Assembly: GCA_036498725.1 (NCBI GenBank)
Contig: DASYEY010000153.1
Location: 1 to 63,668 of the forward strand
Reading direction: 5' to 3'
Source of the DNA: Verrucomicrobiia bacterium
Lineage (GTDB): Bacteria > Verrucomicrobiota > Verrucomicrobiia > Limisphaerales > UBA11358
DNA length: 63,668 nt
The notes under the pieces were generated by a model. The model did no database searches and was not told the DNA's origin. It saw nothing but the letters and a program-made list of their open reading frames with translations. The position numbers and the translations under genes were made by a program. The stretch's first letter is position 1; every line of letters starts with the position of its first letter. Of this stretch, positions 34,784 through 42,458 are shown in pieces.

Positions 34784-35904
34784 ACGCTCTTATTCAAGAA
34801 TTGTTGGCGCAGTCCGGTGAGGCGCTCTTCGGCGACGCGCAGTGTGCGCAGTTGTTCCAGGAAGTCGTCAAACTCCGGCGTGCTCAACGTCTTGAAGCCT
34901 TGTTGTTGGATCCCGCGAAATGCCCGCCAAAGCGATTCGATCGCGGCGGCGTGCATTTCCGGGCTGCCGACAAAGGCCGCAGAGGAACGCTCGGGATCAA
35001 TGTTTTCCAGCAAAAATTCATTCAAGAAATGCGGCTGATAGGTCTGATAAACCCGCGTGCCGAAGCGGAACAGATCAGCGGCACCCCGTCGGAAACCGGC
35101 CATGCCTTGTCGTTCCCATTCTTGCACCAGCGTCAAACCGTCATCTACGGTGTCCGTCACTTCGGCCACCAATTCGTCGCTGGCGAATTCGGCGAAATTT
35201 TTGTCGGCCAACATTTGAGCGACGGCCTGGCACAGAATATAGCGCGCCCGGAAACCCGTTTTGGCCGCACTCAAATCTTTGGTTTCAATCGGTATGGTCA
35301 ATGCCAGCGCTTGTTTGGCTGCCAAACGTGCGGCGATGGCGGCAGCTTCGGTTTTTTGAAGAATCAGCGTGTTTGCGCGGTTCATCCAGACCGTGGCGAG
35401 AACCGGCTTCCAGTCCAAGATATCCACGGCGCGTTCGTGTTGCAAAACGGTGATGGCTTCCGCGAAAGCGCGTTCCGCCTCAACCAAGGCTGCTGGGGCG
35501 CCTTGTGTATGCAAAGTGAGTCCGCGATTTTGCCAGGCGATGGCCAGTCTTCGCCGGTAAAGCGGGTCTTCCTCCAGCGGCAAACTGTGCAACAGCGCCA
35601 ACGATTCGTCGTAATTCCGCACCGCTTCCGCCAAATTTTTTACGGTTTTCAACCGGGTAAGGGCATCCGCACGATTCATCCAGCAAGCGGCGAGGCCGTA
35701 GCGAAATTTCGCGGTCGTGGCCAGCGGCAGTTGCTGACGCAGTTGGATGGCTTGGTCAAAGCAGCCGATGGCTTCCAGCAAACTGACGGGTGTGCTGGCC
35801 TCCAGCAAGGCCAAGCCACGCTTCATCCAGATGGAAGCCTGCTGATTGAGGGCTTCCGGCGATGGCGGTTGGCTAGGATTTACTTCGTCCTGGTTCATAA
35901 ACAA
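34771..35904 (-). CDS. TPR-like repeat protein (hypothetical)
   Basis: 377 aa. Repeated helical-pair motifs: AIGCFDQAIQLRQQL, WMNRADALTRL, AVRNYDESLALLHSL, AWQNRGLTLHTQG, VWMNRANTLILQ. It is preferred over the in-frame antisense extension of ORF 34780..38358. Its 3' end overlaps the stop region of the upstream receptor gene by 13 nt. Confidence 0.6.
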   Translation of the reverse strand: MFMNQDEVNPSQPPSPEALNQQASIWMKRGLALLEASTPVSLLEAIGCFDQAIQLRQQLPLATTAKFRYGLAACWMNRADALTRLKTVKNLAEAVRNYDESLALLHSLPLEEDPLYRRRLAIAWQNRGLTLHTQGAPAALVEAERAFAEAITVLQHERAVDILDWKPVLATVWMNRANTLILQKTEAAAIAARLAAKQALALTIPIETKDLSAAKTGFRARYILCQAVAQMLADKNFAEFASDELVAEVTDTVDDGLTLVQEWERQGMAGFRRGAADLFRFGTRVYQTYQPHFLNEFLLENIDPERSSAAFVGSPEMHAAAIESLWRAFRGIQQQGFKTLSTPEFDDFLEQLRTLRVAEERLTGLRQQFLNKSVQKE

Positions 35905-36075
35905 GGTGGTTGCGACTATCGCACAAGCATGCGGCGAAAGGGAAGTTCATTTCGGAAGGCGTTTCCGGAAAATTTATCGAAAATAAAGGGTTTTTCGCGT
36001 GTTCCGCAATTTACCGACAATTATCCGCAACCCAGCGGAAGCGGCCCGGATGACAATTTTGTAACGTGCGGGCCG

Positions 36076-38358
36076 ATGAACGATAAATCCAAATTTACCG
36101 CTTTACTGATCGCTCAAGGTTTGGCGGCTACGGCGCATGCGCAATCCACGAATCTGCCCCCGGTGACCCTTCCCAGCAAGGGCACCAATGCACCGGTTTC
36201 GACCACAGGTACGAATGCGCCGACGAAATTGCCGGAAGTGATCGTGACCGGCCAGCGGGAGTCTTACAAAACAGACAAGATTGCTTTGCCGAAATTTACC
36301 GAGCCTTTGCGCGATACCGCGCAATCCATCACGGTCGTCCCGCGTGAAGTGATGGATGACCAAAACACGACGACGCTGCGCGACGCACTACGCAATGTGG
36401 CCGGCATCAGTATTGCCGCCGGTGAAGGTGGCTCACAGGGTGACAGCTTGACGCTGCGCGGGTTTACGGCCCGCAACGATATTTTTCTCGATGGCATGCG
36501 CGATTACGGCAGTTATTACCGTGATCCGTTCAATTATGAATCTGTGGACGTCTTGGAAGGCCCGGAATCCGTGATGTTCGGCCGTGGTTCAACCGGCGGC
36601 ATCATCAATCAGCAAAGCAAAACACCAGAATTAGATTCATTCGTTGCCGGTACGTTGTCTTTCGGTACCGATTTGACCCGGCGTGGAACCGTGGATGTGA
36701 ATGAACAGGTGCCCGGCATCGGCTGGGGACAGGACGCTACGGCGGTGCGTTTGAATTTGATGGGCAACATCAATGATGTGGCTGACCGCAATGTGACGGA
36801 AAATCAACGGTACGGCATTGCGCCATCCATCACTTTCGGCTTGGGGACGCCGACGGAATTGAACTTGAGCTACCTGCACATTTCGGAAGATGACATTCCG
36901 GACTATGGCGTGCCATGGTACAAATATACCGGACAAACCGGCACAACGGGACCAGCCAATGTGTCACGGGACAATTATTACGGTTTTAAGGATGATTATC
37001 TTAAGACGGACGCGGACATCATCACGGTGGCGCTGGATCATACCGAGAGTGAAAATCTGACGTTCCATAATCAAGCACGATTTGCGAATTACACGCGCGA
37101 CTTTCGGATCACGGAACCGCAATTGAATACGGGTACGAATGTCATCACAGCGGCGACGCCTCTGAGTGCTATAAATGTATCTCGCAATGAACTGGGTGGC
37201 TTTAGCACAGAAACCTTCTTGTGGGATCAATTTGATGTGACGACCAAATTCAAGACTGCTTTTATCGAACATACGCTGGTTACCGGCGTTGAAGGTGGAC
37301 AGGAAACATCCGACCCGACGCGGTTTGGTTACAACAATGCCTTGAATCAAAATACTGTGCCCTCAACCAGCTTGTTGGCACCCGATGAAAACGCATATTA
37401 TTCCGGCTTGCAAACGGTCAAATCGCAGGTGACCACAACGGCTAACAGCGCTGGTTTATATGCGCTCGACACTATGAAACTGGACGATCATTGGGAACTG
37501 AGCGGTGGTGCGCGGTGGGACTATTTTAGCGCGGATTATCATTCAGCTGCCCTTCCAGGGGCTCTTCCAACGCCAGTGACGGCTAGCGCCTATGAACAGA
37601 CTATTACCAAGCCAAGCTGGCGTGCAGCAGTGGTTTATAAACCAGTTGAAATCGGTAGTATCTATTTTGATTATGGTACTTCATGGAATCCGTCAGCGGA
37701 GTCGCTGTCGTTAAGCTCAAGCACTCAAAACCTCCCACCGGAAGAGAATGAAACGTTTGAATTCGGTTCAAAATGGGATTTGATTCACGAACGGCTGTCA
37801 GTGCGTGGCTCGATTTTTCGCACGGATAAAACGAACGCTCGGGAAACGGATCCAAATAATTCTTTGAACACGGTCCTCGCTGGCAAAGAACGTGTGGATG
37901 GGGTTGAGTTGGCCGTTTCCGGCCACTTAACCAAACGTTGGCAGGTGTTTGCGAGCTATGACTATTTGATGAGTGATATGGTCAGTTCGGATTTTTATTT
38001 AACTGGCGGCCCGCTTTCTAATGTGCCTAAAAACACATTTAGTTTCTGGACGACATATGAATTGCCATGGAAATTTGAAGTGGGTGCTGGCGTTGATTAT
38101 GTTTCCAGCCGTACGGCAAATAGCTCGACCTTGAATAATGCTACCGTGGCTTTGATGAAAGGCCAGACGGTCGAAGAAATGGTCGCCGGCTACTATTCGG
38201 TGAAAGCGATGATCCAATACAAGGTGACCAAAAACATTACCTGCCAGGTCAATATCAATAACCTGACGGATAATCATTTCTATGATCAAATCCATCCGGC
38301 GCACGTCATTCCCGGGTCGGGCATCTCGGCGCTGTTTAGCACCAGTTTCAAATTTTAA
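36076..38358 (+). CDS. TonB-dependent siderophore-type receptor
   Basis: The real start is ATG 36076 (MNDKSKFTALLIAQGLAATAHAQ signal peptide) within the 1192-aa track ORF. Plug: LPEVIVTGQRESYK, TAQSITVVPREVMDDQ, LRDALRNVAGIS, LTLRGF. C-terminal STSFKF. Confidence 0.85.
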   Translation: MNDKSKFTALLIAQGLAATAHAQSTNLPPVTLPSKGTNAPVSTTGTNAPTKLPEVIVTGQRESYKTDKIALPKFTEPLRDTAQSITVVPREVMDDQNTTTLRDALRNVAGISIAAGEGGSQGDSLTLRGFTARNDIFLDGMRDYGSYYRDPFNYESVDVLEGPESVMFGRGSTGGIINQQSKTPELDSFVAGTLSFGTDLTRRGTVDVNEQVPGIGWGQDATAVRLNLMGNINDVADRNVTENQRYGIAPSITFGLGTPTELNLSYLHISEDDIPDYGVPWYKYTGQTGTTGPANVSRDNYYGFKDDYLKTDADIITVALDHTESENLTFHNQARFANYTRDFRITEPQLNTGTNVITAATPLSAINVSRNELGGFSTETFLWDQFDVTTKFKTAFIEHTLVTGVEGGQETSDPTRFGYNNALNQNTVPSTSLLAPDENAYYSGLQTVKSQVTTTANSAGLYALDTMKLDDHWELSGGARWDYFSADYHSAALPGALPTPVTASAYEQTITKPSWRAAVVYKPVEIGSIYFDYGTSWNPSAESLSLSSSTQNLPPEENETFEFGSKWDLIHERLSVRGSIFRTDKTNARETDPNNSLNTVLAGKERVDGVELAVSGHLTKRWQVFASYDYLMSDMVSSDFYLTGGPLSNVPKNTFSFWTTYELPWKFEVGAGVDYVSSRTANSSTLNNATVALMKGQTVEEMVAGYYSVKAMIQYKVTKNITCQVNINNLTDNHFYDQIHPAHVIPGSGISALFSTSFKF

Positions 38359-38373
38359 TCCATAAGAAAACGT

Positions 38374-39066
38374 ATGTTGCTGACCATTCCCGATGTCCTG
38401 ACCGCCGAGCAGGTAAAGCAGGCGCGGCAAATTCTTGATGCCGCCGAGTGGGTGGATGGCAAAGTGACCGCCGGCCATCAGTCAGCCAAGGCGAAGGATA
38501 ACGTGCAATTGCCCGAAAATTCACCGGCCTCACGGCAGTTGGGCGATATGATTCTGGCGGCGCTGGGAAAAAATCCGTTGTTCCTTTCCGCAGCGTTGCC
38601 GGCGCGGGTGTTCCCGCCGTTGTTCAACCGCTATTCCGGCGGCCAATCCTTTGGCACGCACGTGGACAATGCCATCCGGCAAGTTACTGGCACCGGCCAT
38701 CGCATCCGCACGGATATTTCGGCGACCTTGTTTTTTGCCGGGCCGGAGGAATATGATGGCGGCGAATTGTGTGTGGAAGATACCTACGGGGTGCACAGCA
38801 TTAAATTGCCGCCCGGTCACATGGTGCTTTATCCCGCGACCAGTTTGCACCACGTCAAGCCGGTGACACGCGGCGCGCGCGTCTGTTCCTTCTTTTGGAT
38901 TCAAAGTATGATCCGTGAAGACAGCCGCCGCTCGTTATTGTTCGACCTGGATTTGAGCATTCAAAAACTCAATCGTGAATTGCCCGGCCAGCCGGTTGCC
39001 GCGCAAACCTCTGTGCAACTGACCGGGGTTTATCATAATCTATTGCGGCAGTGGGCGGAGGTTTGA
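38374..39066 (+). CDS. piuC: Fe(II)/2-oxoglutarate-dependent PKHD-type hydroxylase (PiuC/YbiX family)
   Basis: 230 aa. [34 protein letters not shown] is a typical YbiX/PiuC N-terminus. HxD in GTHVDNAI, distal His in [12 protein letters not shown]. Confidence 0.85.
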   Translation: MLLTIPDVLTAEQVKQARQILDAAEWVDGKVTAGHQSAKAKDNVQLPENSPASRQLGDMILAALGKNPLFLSAALPARVFPPLFNRYSGGQSFGTHVDNAIRQVTGTGHRIRTDISATLFFAGPEEYDGGELCVEDTYGVHSIKLPPGHMVLYPATSLHHVKPVTRGARVCSFFWIQSMIREDSRRSLLFDLDLSIQKLNRELPGQPVAAQTSVQLTGVYHNLLRQWAEV

Positions 39067-39093
39067 GATGCAAACCTGTGATTAACGGGCGTT

Positions 39094-39786
39094 TTGTTCG
39101 TGAGTAAAGAAATTTCCAGCTATGAGTTGAAGGATGATTTGGCGCGCTTTTGCCTGCCGTCGGCGACCCGTGATCCGAATCGTAAGCTCGCCTGGACGAA
39201 TTCCATTTGTTTCATTTTTTTGCTCATCGGTCTGCTGGGTGCGCGTCGTGGTTTGATCACCGTCAAACCGGTGCCGCCGATGCAGGAAATTATTCCCATC
39301 ATCATCGAACCTGCCGCCCCGCCACCGCCAACCGTTGAGCAAAAACCAGTGGACGACACCAAGCCGGACCCGCAGCCGGTTGCAGTCGTGATTCCACAGG
39401 CGCCGAACATCAATTTTTCCGTGCCTACGATTGGCTCATTGGTCGTGCCGGCAAATCTGGCCGCCGCCCCGCCCTTGGAGCCGTTGCAAATGAAAACCGC
39501 CGTGGCGCAGATTGATTCTGTCGGCAGCACAGGCATGGGTGGTGATCGTCCGCAACCGCCCTATCCGAAAATTGCCTTGGAGGAAGGTGAACAGGGAGCC
39601 GTTACCCTCACGCTCGTCGCGGATGCCGCCGGCAATGTGATTTCGGCGGACGTGAAAGAAACTTCCGGATTTCCACTCCTGGATCGCAGCGCGGCAGATT
39701 TCATCAAGCGGCGCTGGCGTTTGCCGGCGAACGCTGGCAACCAGGTTTTTGAAACAAAAATAACTTACAAACTGCAATCGGACTGA
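39094..39786 (+). CDS. tonB: TonB family energy transducer
   Basis: 230 aa (TTG 39094 or GTG 39100 start). N-terminal TM, Pro-rich spacer EPAAPPPPTVEQKPVDDTKPDPQP, C-terminal TonB domain PPYPKIALEEGEQGAVTLTLVADAAGNV. Confidence 0.8.
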   Translation: MFVSKEISSYELKDDLARFCLPSATRDPNRKLAWTNSICFIFLLIGLLGARRGLITVKPVPPMQEIIPIIIEPAAPPPPTVEQKPVDDTKPDPQPVAVVIPQAPNINFSVPTIGSLVVPANLAAAPPLEPLQMKTAVAQIDSVGSTGMGGDRPQPPYPKIALEEGEQGAVTLTLVADAAGNVISADVKETSGFPLLDRSAADFIKRRWRLPANAGNQVFETKITYKLQSD

Positions 39787-39880
39787 TATGAGAAATACGT
39801 TGAAAGGGTGCCTGGTTGGAACGCAGAGGTTCCGCGCTACAGGTTTCAACACTGGATCACTTTAATTTTTAAATAAAAAT

Positions 39881-40516
39881 ATGCTCGCAAACATCATTTT
39901 CCAATTCTTTGACAAGGGCGGTCCGATCATGTGGCCGATTCTCATCAGCGCGATTGTCGCCATCGCCGTGGTCGGTGAACGCGCATTCTGGTGGTGGCGC
40001 GAAAGTACCAAACGCGATCCAAAAAAAATGGAGCAAGTGCTCGCCGCCCTCGAAAATTCCGATGTTCCTGCCGCCGTGAAAATCGCCGAAGGCTCGGAAG
40101 ATCCGGTCATCCGCATGGTTTATCGTGGTTTGAACCACGTCCATACCTCGCTGCAAGGCGCGCTGCAACTGGCGGCGGGCATCGAACTGAAACAGGCCGG
40201 CCGTTTTCTGATGGTCATGGATACGCTGGTCACGCTCGCACCGTTGCTGGGCTTGCTGGGTACGGTGACGGGTTTGATGCGCGCGTTCTTGAATATCGGC
40301 AACGCTGAGCTTTCCGTTTCCGCGGTCACCGGCGGCATTGGTGAAGCGTTGATCGCGACGGCGTGCGGGCTGGGCATTGCCATCTTCGCGCTAATTCCGT
40401 TTAACTTCTTTTCCGCCCGGCTGACGCAATTGCAATTCGACCTGGAGACAGCGGCGACGAATGTCGAAGTGATGGTGGGCGCGATCAAGCCGTCAACGGA
40501 GAAAAAAGATCATTAA
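39881..40516 (+). CDS. exbB: MotA/TolQ/ExbB proton channel protein
   Basis: 211 aa with three TM helices. APLLGLLGTVTGLMRAF and GGIGEALIATACGLGIAIFALIPFN are family signatures. Confidence 0.85.
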   Translation: MLANIIFQFFDKGGPIMWPILISAIVAIAVVGERAFWWWRESTKRDPKKMEQVLAALENSDVPAAVKIAEGSEDPVIRMVYRGLNHVHTSLQGALQLAAGIELKQAGRFLMVMDTLVTLAPLLGLLGTVTGLMRAFLNIGNAELSVSAVTGGIGEALIATACGLGIAIFALIPFNFFSARLTQLQFDLETAATNVEVMVGAIKPSTEKKDH

Positions 40517-40683
40517 CCACGGATGGAGACAGATGAGCACGGATCAAAATAGAAATTGGAAAAGATACGGATTTTACGGATCGGCCGGGATTCAAAGCCG
40601 GAAAAATCCAAATCTGTGCCAATCCGTAAAATCGGTGTCAAAAGTTTTTCCTCCCATCTGGGTTCATCTGTGGCTATCTGTGG
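40517..40683 (+). repeat. nested inverted-repeat element, family T (CCACGGATGG / CCATCTGTGG type), predicted long RNA rod inside the exbB-exbD junction
   Basis: The outer arms 40517-40545 and 40653-40683 match at 21 of 29 positions, plus 4 G-U wobbles on the plus-strand RNA only. The inner arms 40564-40584 and 40619-40639 match at 18 of 21 positions. Confidence 0.6.
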
Positions 40684-40699
40684 CTAAACCAACCCGCAC

Positions 40700-41116
40700 A
40701 TGAAGCTGCGTTCACCCATTCGTCCGCGCAAGTCGCGCATTGTCATCATTCCACTGATTGACATCATGTTTTTTCTTTTGGCATCGTTCATGATGATCAG
40801 CCTGCAGATGAGCCGCACGGCGAACCTCAAGGTCAACCTGCCCACTGCCACGGAGGCGCGACAGGATTACAAGCCAGATATGATCAATATCGCGGTGGAT
40901 AAATCTGGAGCGATCTGGCTGGAGAAAAAAACGGTCTCCCTCGCCGGGCTTGAGTTGGTTTTAAGCAATCGTTTTCGCCTGGACACCAATCTGCCGGTGT
41001 ATATCAGCGGTGACCGGGACACGCTGCACGGTGACATGGTGAACGTCTATCAAGCCGCTCGCGCGGCGGGCATCCAAAAGGTCGCCTTCATGACCGGCGG
41101 CGGAAGTTCAAATTAA
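40700..41116 (+). CDS. exbD: ExbD/TolR biopolymer transport protein (paralog 1)
   Basis: 138 aa. IIPLIDIMFFLLASFMMISLQ TM helix, followed by a periplasmic ExbD domain (LPVYISGDRDTLHGDMVNVYQAARAAGIQKVAF). Confidence 0.85.
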   Translation: MKLRSPIRPRKSRIVIIPLIDIMFFLLASFMMISLQMSRTANLKVNLPTATEARQDYKPDMINIAVDKSGAIWLEKKTVSLAGLELVLSNRFRLDTNLPVYISGDRDTLHGDMVNVYQAARAAGIQKVAFMTGGGSSN

Positions 41117-41123
41117 GCCATTG

Positions 41124-41543
41124 ATGAAAATCCGCACGCCATTGCCTGCTCTGAAGACCCGGTTGGAAATCATTCCGCTGATTGACATCATGTTTTTTCT
41201 TTTGGCGTCGTTCATGATGATCAGCCTGCAACTGCAGATTGTTCGCACACTCAAAGCCAATTTGCCGACGGCGACCCAGACGACTGCCAAGGCTAAACCA
41301 GATATCGTGAATCTGTTCGTGGATCGCGACGGCCAGGTTTCCGTGGATAAAAAACCGTTCTCGCTGGTAGATTTAAATACCTTGCTGACGAACCGTTTCA
41401 GTTTGAACACCAATCTGCCGGTTTACATCACCGGCGCTAAGGACGCGACGCATGGCGAGATCATCGGCGTTTTGGATTTCGTGCGGCGGGCGGGGATCCA
41501 ACATGTCGCCATCGCCGTGAAAGCCGCGCCGGACCGGTCTTGA
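41124..41543 (+). CDS. exbD: ExbD/TolR biopolymer transport protein (paralog 2)
   Basis: 139 aa (ATG 41124; TTG 41121 in the track). Same architecture as paralog 1. It shares a 62-nt tract (41169-41230) that is 60/62 identical to 40745-40806. Confidence 0.85.
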   Translation: MKIRTPLPALKTRLEIIPLIDIMFFLLASFMMISLQLQIVRTLKANLPTATQTTAKAKPDIVNLFVDRDGQVSVDKKPFSLVDLNTLLTNRFSLNTNLPVYITGAKDATHGEIIGVLDFVRRAGIQHVAIAVKAAPDRS

Positions 41544-41550
41544 ATTTTAC

Positions 41551-42093
41551 ATGAAAAATTTCCAATCCAACTTGCTTATCTTTTTCGCGCTGGCGCTTTG
41601 CGGTCTGTGCGTTTTCCAGTGGCAGGACCAAACGGTTCAGCGCAATGAAATTGACGCCCAGAACCAGATGCTGTTTCAAAAGGCATCCGATATCCAGGGA
41701 TTCACCAATTCGGTGGCGACGTTGAATGCGCAAGTCATCCAGATGGACGTGCGCATCGCCGAGCTTAAGAATACGGCGGCAACGAATAGCCAATTGATCG
41801 CCTCACAAAAAACGGAAATCAATCACTGGCAGCTTGTGGGCGAACAGTTGACGAACCAAATCACTCAATATCAGGAAGGTCTCGCGACGTTGCAGGGAAA
41901 ATTAAAGGAAGCCTATGCCGGCATCAGTCAACAAAACGCGGCGATCAGCAATCTGGTCGCCCAGCGTGACGACTATGTGCGGCAATACAACGCCAGCGTC
42001 AAGGACCGGAATGAGATTGTGGGCAAATACAATGACCTGGCGAAGCAGGTGGAAAAGCTTCAATCGGGTGGCGACAATTCTTCAAGTAAGTAG
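41551..42093 (+). CDS. membrane-anchored coiled-coil protein (hypothetical), last gene of the Ton operon
   Basis: 180 aa. N-terminal TM LLIFFALALCGLCVF, followed by ~150 aa of Q/N/A-rich heptad-like sequence. The start is 7 nt after the exbD2 stop. Confidence 0.55.
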   Translation: MKNFQSNLLIFFALALCGLCVFQWQDQTVQRNEIDAQNQMLFQKASDIQGFTNSVATLNAQVIQMDVRIAELKNTAATNSQLIASQKTEINHWQLVGEQLTNQITQYQEGLATLQGKLKEAYAGISQQNAAISNLVAQRDDYVRQYNASVKDRNEIVGKYNDLAKQVEKLQSGGDNSSSK

Positions 42094-42201
42094 GTTGGTG
42101 GTGTGATGGAGAATCGTGGTGGAGATGGCTTAGGCTGCGCTGCGACCCAATTCCCCTATGGAGATCATTTTTAGATCGTTGCAGATATTAGCGATCACCG
42201 A

Positions 42202-42223
42202 GCGGAGCAATGCATTGCTCCGC
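42202..42223. repeat. perfect 22-nt palindrome GCGGAGCAATG/CATTGCTCCGC
   Basis: Read directly from the sequence. It lies ~110 nt downstream of the coiled-coil gene stop and is not followed by a T-tract. Confidence 0.6.
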
Positions 42224-42268
42224 GCTCCATTGCGGCGTGTGAAAAAATACGATTTACGATTTTCCAGA

Positions 42269-42300
42269 CCCCATCCGTGTTTATCTGTGTCCATCCGTGG
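42269..42300 (+). repeat. family T repeat arm (CCCCATCCGTGTTTATCTGTGTCCATCCGTGG)
   Basis: It closely matches the right arm of the element at 40653-40683 (CCCATCTGGGTTCATCTGTGGCTATCTGTGG). It is preceded by aatacgatttacgatttt, which is related to the inner arm at 40564-40584. Confidence 0.55.
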
Positions 42301-42369
42301 TTAAAAATCTTTGGTGATTTAAATAGGCACCACTACGTTTAAGCGGGGCGAATTCAACCTTGGAAACGC

Positions 42370-42416
42370 TTGCACTGGGTTAGGGTTGTGGTATATTGCA
42401 AATCGTTTGCGATATG
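42370..42416 (+). promoter_or_regulatory. sigma70-like promoter (TTGCAC-N16 with TGn-TATATT) overlapped by the palindromic operator ATATTGCAAA-TCG-TTTGCGATAT (Fur-family-like box)
   Basis: The 10-3-10 inverted repeat at 42393-42415 has one mismatch. Its centre is 55 nt upstream of the ZIP transporter ATG. The core and register are the same as at 32017-32063. Confidence 0.55.
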
Positions 42417-42458
42417 TACTTTAAGCTGGCGGACGCCGGATTGATGATTGGCTGAATT

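Noticed and set aside
34780-36075. 432-aa N-terminal extension that makes the second receptor a 1192-aa ORF
   Set aside because: The extension is the in-frame antisense of the TPR-like gene 34771..35904 and has shadow-like R/G/Q-rich composition. The receptor has a proper ATG with a signal peptide at 36076.
35960-36075. Search for a Fur box or riboswitch upstream of the siderophore-type receptor, including the CGGCCCG/CGGGCCG hairpin (36042-36048 / 36069-36075) abutting the ATG and GACAATTATC at 36017-36026
   Set aside because: There is only a half-site resemblance to the Fur consensus. There is no copy of the TTGCAAA-N3-TTTGC operator and no B12-box or other riboswitch core. The 7-bp hairpin alone is weak evidence.
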